In this document: piece after piece, positions 38,747 to 47,512 of the stretch
Layout: every line of letters begins with the position of its first letter
Position numbering within the stretch: the stretch's first letter is position 1
Assembly: GCA_963931305.1 (NCBI GenBank)
Contig: OZ006994.1
Location: 282,955-346,954, forward strand
Reading direction: 5' to 3'
Source: an uncultured Bacilli bacterium
GTDB lineage: Bacteria; Bacillota_I; Bacilli_A; RF39; UBA660
DNA: 64,000 bases
Notes under the pieces: model-generated
The model's input: only the letters and a program-made list of their open reading frames with translations
The model's database searches: none
Told to the model about the DNA's origin: nothing
Translations under genes and position numbers: made by a program

Positions 38747-39979
38747 ATGGGTTTTATTAAAGCATTTTCAGGTGCACTTGGTGGATCTTTTGCTGATCAA
38801 TGGAAAGATTATTATATGCCAAGAAATGATGTTCCAGGAACAGCGGCTATTTTTGAAGCTGTACCACAAGGAACAAATGCCGGCCGTGGAGAAAATACAA
38901 AAGGATCTAATAATATTATTACCAATGGTAGTAAAATTATTGTTCCAGAAGGAACTGCATTAATTACAGTGCAAGATGGAGCAATTACAGGTCTTATTAC
39001 AGAAGTGGGAGGATATACATATACATCAGATGATCCAAACTCACAATCATTATTTGTAGGAAATGGGATTTTATCATCTACATTTGGACAATCTTGGGAA
39101 CGTTTTAAATTTGGTGGACAACCTGGTTCACAACAATTAGCGTTTTATGTGAATTTAAAAGAGATTCCAAACAATCGTTTTGGAACACAATCAGAAATTT
39201 ATTGGAATGATGCATATTTAAATGCACAAGTAGGAGCAGTTACAAGAGGAACTTATACTTTAAAAATTGTAGATCCAGTTTTATTTGTAAAGAACTTTGT
39301 TCCAGTTAGTTATTTACAACCAAATGCCCCTGTATTTGATTTTGCAGATATGGATAACGACGCAGCTACACAATTATTTAATGAAGTAGTAAGTAGTTTA
39401 TCTGCTGCCTTTTCAAATTATACAAATGATCCTAATAAAGGAAATCGTATTACTAAAATTCAAGGAGATCAAATTGGATTTGCCCAATCTTTATCACAGG
39501 CAGTAGAAGATGGATATCATTGGAAAACAGATCGTGGATTAGAAATTATAAAAGTAGCAATTCAAGCCATTGAATATGATGAAGATACAAAAGCATTATT
39601 AAGTGATGTAAAAAAAGCAGATGCATTATCTGGAAATCGTGGCAACGCATTTATGCAACAAGCTATGGCTCGTGGTTTTCAAGCAGCAGGTGAAAATCCG
39701 AATGGAGGAGCAGCAGGTATGGCATTTATGGGAATGGGTATGAATGCCGTAGGTGGTGCTATGAATGGTGTACAACAACAAGCAACCGCAACTCCTAATC
39801 CATTTATGGGAGCAGGTGTACAACAACCACAACAACCAACTCCAAATAGTAGTCAACCAACACAACCACAACAAGAAGATCCATATCAGAAGTTGACAGA
39901 AATGAAGAAACTATTGGATGCTGGAGTGATTACTCAAGCTGACTTTGATGCTGCTAAGAAAAATTTATTAGGTATTTAA
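38747..39979 (+). CDS. SPFH/Band-7-like ('virion core protein'-type) domain protein with a Gly/Met/Gln-rich linker and a C-terminal SHOCT domain (YdjI-like architecture)
   Basis: N-terminus MGFIKAFSGALGGSFADQWKDYY…. C-terminal DPYQKLTEMKKLLDAGVITQADFDAAKKNLLGI is a SHOCT motif. Start set to ATG 38747, which has a GAGGAGG RBS. Confidence 0.55.
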   Translation: MGFIKAFSGALGGSFADQWKDYYMPRNDVPGTAAIFEAVPQGTNAGRGENTKGSNNIITNGSKIIVPEGTALITVQDGAITGLITEVGGYTYTSDDPNSQSLFVGNGILSSTFGQSWERFKFGGQPGSQQLAFYVNLKEIPNNRFGTQSEIYWNDAYLNAQVGAVTRGTYTLKIVDPVLFVKNFVPVSYLQPNAPVFDFADMDNDAATQLFNEVVSSLSAAFSNYTNDPNKGNRITKIQGDQIGFAQSLSQAVEDGYHWKTDRGLEIIKVAIQAIEYDEDTKALLSDVKKADALSGNRGNAFMQQAMARGFQAAGENPNGGAAGMAFMGMGMNAVGGAMNGVQQQATATPNPFMGAGVQQPQQPTPNSSQPTQPQQEDPYQKLTEMKKLLDAGVITQADFDAAKKNLLGI

Positions 39980-39980
39980 C

Positions 39981-41396
39981 ATGAATGAAACAAATAAAGA
40001 AATGACCCCACAACAATCAAATCAAGAACAGGTGGGAAATGGTCAAGTAAAATGTCCAAAATGTGGAGCTACTGATATCTCTTTAAATGTCAAAAATGGA
40101 AAATTAAGATGTAACTATTGTCGTCATGAATTTGAATCTCAAAAAGTAGAACAAGAACAAGACATCAGTCAATTATCTGGTCAATCTATGACACAAGGAG
40201 TTCAAAATATTAATCAAGAAGCAAGTAATATGGTTACTTTAAAATGCTCTAGCTGTGGAGCGGAAGTTGTAATAGATACAAGTGAAACATTACATGCTAG
40301 ATGTCATTGGTGCCGTAATACTTTATCTATCAATGATCAAATTCCAAATGGTGCAGTACCTGATATCGTATTACCATTTCATATTACAAAAGAAGAAGCA
40401 GAACAATCAATTCGTACATTTGTAAACAAAAGAAAATTCTTTGCTCATCCAATCTTTAAAAAAGAATTTACAACAGAAAATATCATGGGTGTGTATTTTC
40501 CATATATGGTTGTAGATGTGAATTCTCATGCGAATTTTATAGGCGAAGGAGAACATTTAATACGTAGTTATACAGTTGGTGATGATGAACATAGAGAAAC
40601 ACGTTATGATGCAGATGTTTTCCATGTAGAACGAGAATTTGATTTAACAATTGATAATCTAACAGTAGAATCAAATAAAGACCGTTTAGATCATACAACA
40701 AAACAAAAAACCAATAATATCATAAATGCGATTATGCCTTTTGATATTGAAAATAGTGTAAAGTTTCAAGCTAACTTTTTAAAAGGATTTACATCTGAAA
40801 AACGTGATGTCAATGTCGATGATCTTCGTAATTTAGTTGCTCTTCAATCACGCGATATTGCTCGTTTTGCTGCCAATGATTCTTTACAACAATATGATCG
40901 TGGTGTATGTTGGCAGACTCAAGATTTACAAATCTTAGGTCAAAGTTGGCAAGCAGCCTATTTACCTGTTTGGTTATATAGTTATCAACAGAAAAAAGGA
41001 AATAAAAGTGTCATTCATTATGTTGCAGTAAATGCTAGAACGAAAGAAACAATGGGAAGTGTTCCTATTTATATAGGAAAATTATTACTTGTATCATTTA
41101 TCATTGAATTACTTTGCTTCCTTATTATGTTTTATGTAGAATTTGATGGTGAAGTACTATTAGTATTACCAGGAATTATTTATTATTTTGTTATGTATGC
41201 AAGATATCGTAATCAAGGTGCTCGTCATCACTATGAATTAGAAACAAAGAAAGATGTAAAAAACTTAAGAAAAGTAGATCAATTTTTAAAACGACGTACA
41301 GGATTAAGCAATTCCCATATTCGTGGTCAAAACAATGAAAATGTCCAAGGAACTTCTATAGATGGTGGAATTGAAACTGATTTTTCTAGCAAATAA
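39981..41396 (+). CDS. Double zinc-ribbon protein with central domain and two C-terminal TM helices (YdjG/YdjH-like)
   Basis: CPKCG…CNYC and CSSCG…CHWC. TM helices …LLLVSFIIELLCFLIMF… and …LLVLPGIIYYFVMY…. Confidence 0.5.
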   Translation: MNETNKEMTPQQSNQEQVGNGQVKCPKCGATDISLNVKNGKLRCNYCRHEFESQKVEQEQDISQLSGQSMTQGVQNINQEASNMVTLKCSSCGAEVVIDTSETLHARCHWCRNTLSINDQIPNGAVPDIVLPFHITKEEAEQSIRTFVNKRKFFAHPIFKKEFTTENIMGVYFPYMVVDVNSHANFIGEGEHLIRSYTVGDDEHRETRYDADVFHVEREFDLTIDNLTVESNKDRLDHTTKQKTNNIINAIMPFDIENSVKFQANFLKGFTSEKRDVNVDDLRNLVALQSRDIARFAANDSLQQYDRGVCWQTQDLQILGQSWQAAYLPVWLYSYQQKKGNKSVIHYVAVNARTKETMGSVPIYIGKLLLVSFIIELLCFLIMFYVEFDGEVLLVLPGIIYYFVMYARYRNQGARHHYELETKKDVKNLRKVDQFLKRRTGLSNSHIRGQNNENVQGTSIDGGIETDFSSK

Positions 41397-41474
41397 ATAG
41401 ATTACATAGAAAAAGAAAGGAACTTTTCCTTTCTTTTTTCTAATTGATATTATATAATAAAAAAGGTGATAAAA

Positions 41475-42782
41475 ATGTTTGAAAGTTTAGGAGATCGTTT
41501 ACAAACAGCGATACATAAAATAAAAGGATATGGAAAAATTACAGAGCAAAATATTGATGAAATCGCTCGTGAGATTCGTCTTGCCTTATTAGAAGCAGAC
41601 GTAAACTATCAAGTAGTAAAAGAATTTATAAAAAATGTTAAAGAAAAAGCACTAGGAGAAGAAGTACAAAAAAGTTTAAAACCTAGTGAATTGTTTGTAA
41701 AAATTGTAAAAGATGAATTAGTAGAACTATTAGGTGGAGACAAAGTTGATTTAAACATGCAAGGAAATCCTGCTACATTAATGTTAGTAGGACTTCAAGG
41801 TAGTGGTAAAACGACAACCATTGGAAAACTTGCGAATTTACTTCGTAAAAAATACAAGAAAAAGCCATTATTAGTCGCTTGTGATGTTTATAGACCTGCA
41901 GCCATTGATCAATTAAAACAATTAGGAAAAGAATTAAATATTGAAGTATATTCTGAAGGAAAAGGAAATCCTGTAGAAATATCTAAAAACGCAATTCAAT
42001 ACGCCAAAGAAAATCACTTTGATTATGTTTTAATCGACACAGCTGGACGTTTACATATCGATGAAGAATTAATGAATGAACTTGAAAATATTGAACAGGA
42101 AGTTCATCCCCATGAAGTATTATTAGTCATCGATAGTATGATGGGTCAAGATGCAATTAACGTAATTACAACCTTCCATGAAAGATTAAAGCTCACGGGA
42201 GCGATTCTTACAAAACTAGATGGAGATACTAGAGGTGGTGTTGCTCTTTCTATTCGTCATTTAACACATGTACCAATTAAATTTGTTGGTGTGAGTGAAA
42301 AAATGGATGGATTAGAAGAATTTTATCCAGATCGTATGGCAAGTCGTATTTTAGGTATGGGAGATATCATGAGTATGTTAGAAAAGGCAGAAAGTGTAAT
42401 CGATGAAGAAGAAGCAATGAATGCAGCGAAAAAGATGGGAAAAGGAACCTTTGATTTAGAAGATTTCTTATCTACCATGAGACAAATAAAGAAATTAGGA
42501 CCACTAGAAAATCTATTAAAAATGTTACCAGGAGCCTCTAAAATGGGATTAAAGAATGTAAAAGTAGATCCGAAAGATATGGCCCATTTAGAAGCAATTA
42601 TTCTATCTATGACGCCATATGAAAGAAGACACCCAGAAATATTAAAAGCAAGTCGTAAGAAAAGAATCGCAAATGGTAGTGGTAGAAGTGTAGAAGAAGT
42701 AAATCGATTAGTCAATCAATTTGAACAAATGAAAAAAATGATGAAGCAAATGAAAAACGGAAACATGAAAATGCCTTTTTAA
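41475..42782 (+). CDS. ffh: Signal recognition particle protein Ffh
   Basis: N domain MFESLGDRLQTAIHKIKG. G domain GLQGSGKTTTIGKLA, DTAGR, TKLDGDTRGG. Met-rich M domain. Confidence 0.9.
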   Translation: MFESLGDRLQTAIHKIKGYGKITEQNIDEIAREIRLALLEADVNYQVVKEFIKNVKEKALGEEVQKSLKPSELFVKIVKDELVELLGGDKVDLNMQGNPATLMLVGLQGSGKTTTIGKLANLLRKKYKKKPLLVACDVYRPAAIDQLKQLGKELNIEVYSEGKGNPVEISKNAIQYAKENHFDYVLIDTAGRLHIDEELMNELENIEQEVHPHEVLLVIDSMMGQDAINVITTFHERLKLTGAILTKLDGDTRGGVALSIRHLTHVPIKFVGVSEKMDGLEEFYPDRMASRILGMGDIMSMLEKAESVIDEEEAMNAAKKMGKGTFDLEDFLSTMRQIKKLGPLENLLKMLPGASKMGLKNVKVDPKDMAHLEAIILSMTPYERRHPEILKASRKKRIANGSGRSVEEVNRLVNQFEQMKKMMKQMKNGNMKMPF

Positions 42783-42791
42783 GGAGATTGT

Positions 42792-44036
42792 ATGAAAACA
42801 AAAAGTACTGAAAAAATTCATTTTATTAAAAATAAAAAAAATTATACCAATTTAATTGAATTATGGTTTCCAATTGACGCACGAGATGAAAATATCGCAA
42901 TCCGTGCCATTTTACCAAGATTATTACTTTATACGAGCGAAAAATATCCTGTTGAATATTTAATTGAACGAGAATATATGCGTAATTACATGTTGAAAAC
43001 TTCTTCTGGATTGGAAAAAGTAGGAGATCAACTATTATATTCTTTCCGTTTAGTAATTCCTCAAAAGAAAAATATAAATGACTTTCATATGAAAAAAGCC
43101 ATTCAGTTTTTCTTAAATACCATTTACCATCCTAATATTGATACCAATGGTTTTGTAAAATTTGAAGAGGAAAGAAATTATGTAAGAAAAAGAATAGAAC
43201 AAATTCGTAAATCGAAAATTGATTCTACAATTGAAGAAGTTTTAAAAATATTAGATGAAGATGGTAGTTTAATTAATTCTTTATATCATCATCAAGATCA
43301 ATTAGAAACATTAAAAAATAAGGACGTATATCATTATTATCAAAAGATGGTAAACACTAGACCTTTTATTTTCTTATATGGAAATGAAGAATTATTAGAA
43401 GCTTGTCACTTATTAGAAGAATTTTATAAAGAATTTACCCCAACTCATATATCTTTTAAAAAAGTAAATCATTTTTTAACATTACATCCATCTGTCAAAA
43501 CAATCGAAAAAGAAAAACCATATCGTGAATCTATTTTATGTATGGCATATAAAGTGAGAAATATGAAAGAAGAAGATCGTATTCTTTTAAGGTTGTTAAT
43601 TCATATATTAGATTCTAATGTATCACGTATCTTAAATGAAAAGTTAAGAAATCAAGAAAAATTAGTTTATTGGGCAACAGCTTCTTCTTATTCTAAATAT
43701 GGATTTTTAGGAATTGGCTGTGGGATTTATAAAGATAATTTACAAATTACAATCAATAAAACAGAAGAAATGTTTCAGGAATTAAATAATTATGAGACAA
43801 TTTCGAAAGCATTATCTCTATTAAAAGAACGTGATGAATGTGAATTACTTCGTATCAAGGATGATGCTTATTATGAATATGATCAATATGTTATCAAATA
43901 TTTTGGCGTAAAAGAAACACATGCTGAACTTACAAAACGTTTTCAACAAATCACACCAGAGCAAGTAATCGCATTCTTACCTCGATTAAAGTTAGATTTG
44001 ATTTACTTTGCAAAGGGGGTAAAAGATGCAGACTAA
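42792..44036 (+). CDS. M16 (pitrilysin)-family protein lacking the HxxEH motif (non-catalytic partner)
   Basis: M16-like length and arrangement. Paired with an HxxEH-containing partner. No zinc motif seen. Confidence 0.45.
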   Translation: MKTKSTEKIHFIKNKKNYTNLIELWFPIDARDENIAIRAILPRLLLYTSEKYPVEYLIEREYMRNYMLKTSSGLEKVGDQLLYSFRLVIPQKKNINDFHMKKAIQFFLNTIYHPNIDTNGFVKFEEERNYVRKRIEQIRKSKIDSTIEEVLKILDEDGSLINSLYHHQDQLETLKNKDVYHYYQKMVNTRPFIFLYGNEELLEACHLLEEFYKEFTPTHISFKKVNHFLTLHPSVKTIEKEKPYRESILCMAYKVRNMKEEDRILLRLLIHILDSNVSRILNEKLRNQEKLVYWATASSYSKYGFLGIGCGIYKDNLQITINKTEEMFQELNNYETISKALSLLKERDECELLRIKDDAYYEYDQYVIKYFGVKETHAELTKRFQQITPEQVIAFLPRLKLDLIYFAKGVKDAD

Positions 44037-45312
44037 GATTAAAACCTATCAATTAGAAAATGGACTGACGATTTATTTCTATCCAGATCATACTAAACAT
44101 TCTGTGATGGTTCACTTGATTGTGAAATTTGGTGGAAAAGATACAGATGTTATGATAGATGAAAATAATTATCATCTTCCTGATGGAATGGCCCATTTAT
44201 TGGAACACTATACCATTGAACAAAATCAATATGGTAATCTTGTATCTTTATTAACCAAGAAATTTATGGATACCAACGGTATTACCAATCGATTATGTAC
44301 ATGTTATTATTTTGATGCTGTAAAATATATTGATGAAGGGTTAGAACTTTTAATAAAAGGAATTCATCAACCAAATTTTTCAGAGAAAAATTTAGAAATT
44401 ACAAAACATGCGATTCGTGAAGAAATTAGGGGAACACAAGATTCCATTGATCGTCGAATCAATGTCTTAGAAATGGGACAATTATTCTGTAACCGTTCTT
44501 ATCGTAGTACCATAGGAACAATTTCTGATATTGATCATATTACCATTGAAGAAGTAGAAAAAATATATCATGCTTTTTATCAACCATCTAATGAAATCAT
44601 CGTAGTTGCTGGAAATTTTCAAGAAAAGAAAATGTTAGAAAAAATTAAAACACTATACCATGAACTTTCATTTGAAACACATACTATCAAAAGAATATTA
44701 AAAGAAGAACCAACTACCGTAAAAAATAAAAAAGCAGTTCTTAATTTTCCAATCGCACGACCAATTTATGAATTATCTTTTAAAGTTCCAATTTGTCATT
44801 TAACAGAGGAACAAAAAATGAAGTTAGATTGGTATATCGCAATTTTCTTTGAAATGAACTTTAGTATCTTATCACCACTGGTAAAAAAATTAAAAGATAG
44901 AAAAGTGATTGATAAAAATTTAGTTCTTTCTTCTAATTTCTATGATGATTATTTGATTGTAAAAATAGGAGCTTATACATATCAAAAAGAAAAACTTCAA
45001 AAAGAGATTTTAGAAACTTTGAAACATCCACGATTAGATGATGAAGTATTTGATTTAGCCATCCGTGAAAAGAAATTAAAAGTATCACTACGACCAGAGA
45101 AATTAATTGATGTAATAGATCCATTTATAGATAATTTAGTGTATTTTAATTGTCCTCAGTTAGATAGTGTTGCTTATTTAGATACTTTGTCTATTCAAGA
45201 ATATCAAGAAATGATTCATAAACTTGACTTTTCTAACTATTGTACAGTAGAAGTCATTGATAAAGATATGGATAAAAATCAAGAAGCACAACAAGAATTC
45301 ATAGCAAATTGA
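44026..45312 (+). CDS. M16-family zinc metallopeptidase (insulinase-like)
   Basis: GMAHLLEH is the inverted zinc-binding motif HxxEH. 11-nt overlap with its partner gene. Confidence 0.65.
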   Translation: MQTKIKTYQLENGLTIYFYPDHTKHSVMVHLIVKFGGKDTDVMIDENNYHLPDGMAHLLEHYTIEQNQYGNLVSLLTKKFMDTNGITNRLCTCYYFDAVKYIDEGLELLIKGIHQPNFSEKNLEITKHAIREEIRGTQDSIDRRINVLEMGQLFCNRSYRSTIGTISDIDHITIEEVEKIYHAFYQPSNEIIVVAGNFQEKKMLEKIKTLYHELSFETHTIKRILKEEPTTVKNKKAVLNFPIARPIYELSFKVPICHLTEEQKMKLDWYIAIFFEMNFSILSPLVKKLKDRKVIDKNLVLSSNFYDDYLIVKIGAYTYQKEKLQKEILETLKHPRLDDEVFDLAIREKKLKVSLRPEKLIDVIDPFIDNLVYFNCPQLDSVAYLDTLSIQEYQEMIHKLDFSNYCTVEVIDKDMDKNQEAQQEFIAN

Positions 45313-45360
45313 TACCTGTTTTGGTATCTTTTTGTTATAATAATAAAATAGGAGGTACTT

Positions 45361-46170
45361 ATGGAAGTTGTAAAAGAAAAAAGTGATATTTCAAAGTTAG
45401 TAGAGAATCAAATTTATGGTGATATTGAACTAAAGAATGCTCAAATTGAATGGAAAGGTAAAGGAAACATTATATATTGTGTTGGTAAAATTCAATTAGA
45501 AAATTGTAAAATTCGTTTTACGGGTAATCATTCATTAATATATTTTGATGAGAATTTATATCCATTTTCGATTGATATTCGTGTTGGAAATGATTCTGTA
45601 TTTTATTTAGGTAAGGATTGTTATCTAAATAAAACTTCACATATGTATGCAACAGAAAGAAAAAATATATTAATTGGAAATCAATGTTTACTTTCCTTTG
45701 AGTGCTATTTTAGAACAGCTGATCCACATTTAATTTACGATACAAAAACAAAACAGAGATTAAACTTCAGTAAAAGTATTTTAATTGGAGATCATGTATG
45801 GATTGGTCAAAATGCATTACTTTTAAAAAATACAGTAATTGGTTCGGGAGCTATTATTGGTGGTCATTCCGTTGTGAGTGGGAAAAAGATTTCATCTAAC
45901 ACGATATATGCTGGAAATCCGGCAAAAAAAATCAAAAACGGTGTTTTTTATAAAAGCCCTATGTCAACACATGATTTTGATTTAGAACAAGAAAAAAATA
46001 GTGAAGTGTTTGATAATGATGATTATTGTTATGAACAAGATGAACATACCATTGATTTAGAACAAATTGATAAACAATTACAAAAGTTTCATACGGTTTC
46101 TCAAAAAATTGAATATATTCAAAAAGAATTAACAAATTATCAATATAAAAATCGTTTTTTTATAGAATAA
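45361..46170 (+). CDS. Hexapeptide-repeat (LbH) acetyltransferase
   Basis: IGDHVWIGQNALLLKNTVIGSGAIIGGHSVV hexapeptide repeats. Confidence 0.65.
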   Translation: MEVVKEKSDISKLVENQIYGDIELKNAQIEWKGKGNIIYCVGKIQLENCKIRFTGNHSLIYFDENLYPFSIDIRVGNDSVFYLGKDCYLNKTSHMYATERKNILIGNQCLLSFECYFRTADPHLIYDTKTKQRLNFSKSILIGDHVWIGQNALLLKNTVIGSGAIIGGHSVVSGKKISSNTIYAGNPAKKIKNGVFYKSPMSTHDFDLEQEKNSEVFDNDDYCYEQDEHTIDLEQIDKQLQKFHTVSQKIEYIQKELTNYQYKNRFFIE

Positions 46171-46262
46171 CACATCTATTGTGTTTTTCTTTTTTCTCAT
46201 GACAAATTCCTTATACAAATTTATTTATTTCTCATATGATAAATTAGATAAGGGGGATTGAA

Positions 46263-46541
46263 ATGTTTAGAAATCAATGCTGTGGACGAAATCAAATGAT
46301 GGGCATAGGGCAACCAATGATGCCTATGGGAGGTAATCAATGTGGATGTCCAATTGTAGAACCAACTATTACAAAATGTGTAGAAAAAGAATTCTGTCAC
46401 GAAGTACCACACGTATGCCCAATTCATACACACGTCATTAATCGTCATATTTACAAACATACTTATTCACCACAATTCACTTGTTCAGAAGAAAACCAAG
46501 TAGTAAATGTAGATTGTGGGAAATGTAGTCAATTTATGTAA
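46263..46541 (+). CDS. Spore coat protein CotD-family (Cys/His-rich)
   Basis: …CGCPIVEPTITKCVEKEFCHEVPHVCPIHTHVINRHIYKHTYSP… matches the CotD Cys/His pattern. Confidence 0.6.
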   Translation: MFRNQCCGRNQMMGIGQPMMPMGGNQCGCPIVEPTITKCVEKEFCHEVPHVCPIHTHVINRHIYKHTYSPQFTCSEENQVVNVDCGKCSQFM

Positions 46542-46563
46542 AAGGAGGTTCCCTCCTTTTTTA
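46542..46563 (+). terminator. Rho-independent terminator after the cotD-like gene
   Basis: AAGGAGG-ttc-CCTCCTT followed by T6. Confidence 0.6.
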
Positions 46564-46635
46564 TTTATAAAAAATGTGAATTCTATTGACAATGGTATAA
46601 ACAATGTATATACTATAAATAAAGGAGCTGATGTT

Positions 46636-46878
46636 ATGGAAACAAGAATTTGTAAGTGGGGGAATTCGGATGGAATTAGAATTCCTAGTAGCATTTTAAA
46701 AGCGTTAAACATTAAAACAAATGACATTTTAAATATTGAACAACAAGACGATAAAATCATTATTACTGTTCCAAAGAAAAAGAAAATATCACTGAAAGAT
46801 AGATTTGCAACCTATCAAGGAGAAAACTTAGCTAAAGATTTTTCCTGGGATGAAAATATTGGAAAGGAAATATGGTAA
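46636..46878 (+). CDS. mazE: MazE/PemI-type (AbrB/SpoVT fold) antitoxin
   Basis: METRICKWGNSDGIRIPSSILKALNIKTNDILNIEQQDDKIIITVPKKK. Start set to ATG 46636, which has an AAAGGAG RBS. Confidence 0.7.
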   Translation: METRICKWGNSDGIRIPSSILKALNIKTNDILNIEQQDDKIIITVPKKKKISLKDRFATYQGENLAKDFSWDENIGKEIW

Positions 46879-47213
46879 TGAGATATATTCCTAAGCAAGG
46901 CGATGTTGTTTTTGTAGATTTAAATCCAATTAAGGGACATGAACAATCAGGGTTTAGACCTGCAGTGGTTATTAGTAATAATGTATTTAATGAGAATACA
47001 AAAATGGTTATGGTTTGTCCCATTACATCCAATTGTAAAGTGTTTCCGACTCATTATTGTTTAGAAGATACAAAATCTATACAAGGTTCAGTTTTATGTG
47101 AACATGTGAGAAGTATAGATTATGAAATGAGAAATTTAAAGTTTGTAGAAAGATTAAGTGATAATGATTTAATCAGTGTCATGACATTATTGAATGCTTG
47201 TATAGAAGAATAA
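46872..47213 (+). CDS. mazF: MazF/PemK-family mRNA interferase toxin
   Basis: IPKQGDVVFVDLNPIKGHEQSGFRPAVVISNNVFN…MVMVCPITS. 7-nt overlap with the antitoxin gene. Confidence 0.75.
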   Translation: MVMRYIPKQGDVVFVDLNPIKGHEQSGFRPAVVISNNVFNENTKMVMVCPITSNCKVFPTHYCLEDTKSIQGSVLCEHVRSIDYEMRNLKFVERLSDNDLISVMTLLNACIEE

Positions 47214-47512
47214 GCATATTCAATATATAGTCTTATGAAAAAAGAAAAGACAAAAAAGGAGGTATAGTCGAGTTTTTTCACTCGACGTATCATGAATCAA
47301 TATATTTGTATGAATCGTAGTTTTATCCTATCAAGAACATGTTCAATCTATTTTAGAAGAGAAAGAGAAACAAATCAAAGATTTTTTTCAGGTTCCTGAA
47401 GAGAAAAGTTTTTCTTTTCAAATTTATATTATAGTGGATTTAGATAAATATTGTTACTTTAACTATTGTAAATTCATGGAAATATTGCAATAATATAACA
47501 AAGAGGTGTGAT

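Noticed and set aside
36292-39874. Assorted short ORFs (36292-36519, 38327-38536, 38772-38963, 39626-39874) inside the cassette genes
   Set aside because: All sit within longer, motif-bearing frames.
42323-42715. 130-aa minus-strand ORF inside ffh
   Set aside because: The Ffh M domain is encoded here on the plus strand.
34629-42782. Calling ftsY and ffh a gene duplication
   Set aside because: The two SRP-GTPase genes have distinct domain structures. The FtsY gene has an acidic/A-domain-like N-terminus plus NG. The Ffh gene has NG plus a Met-rich M domain. They are the normal receptor/SRP54 pair.
46221-47032. ORFs 46221-46460(-), 46485-46760(-), 46832-47032(-) and the long 46516 start of the mazE ORF
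   Set aside because: They overlap the cotD-like, mazE and mazF genes. The mazE start was reassigned to ATG 46636, which has an RBS.
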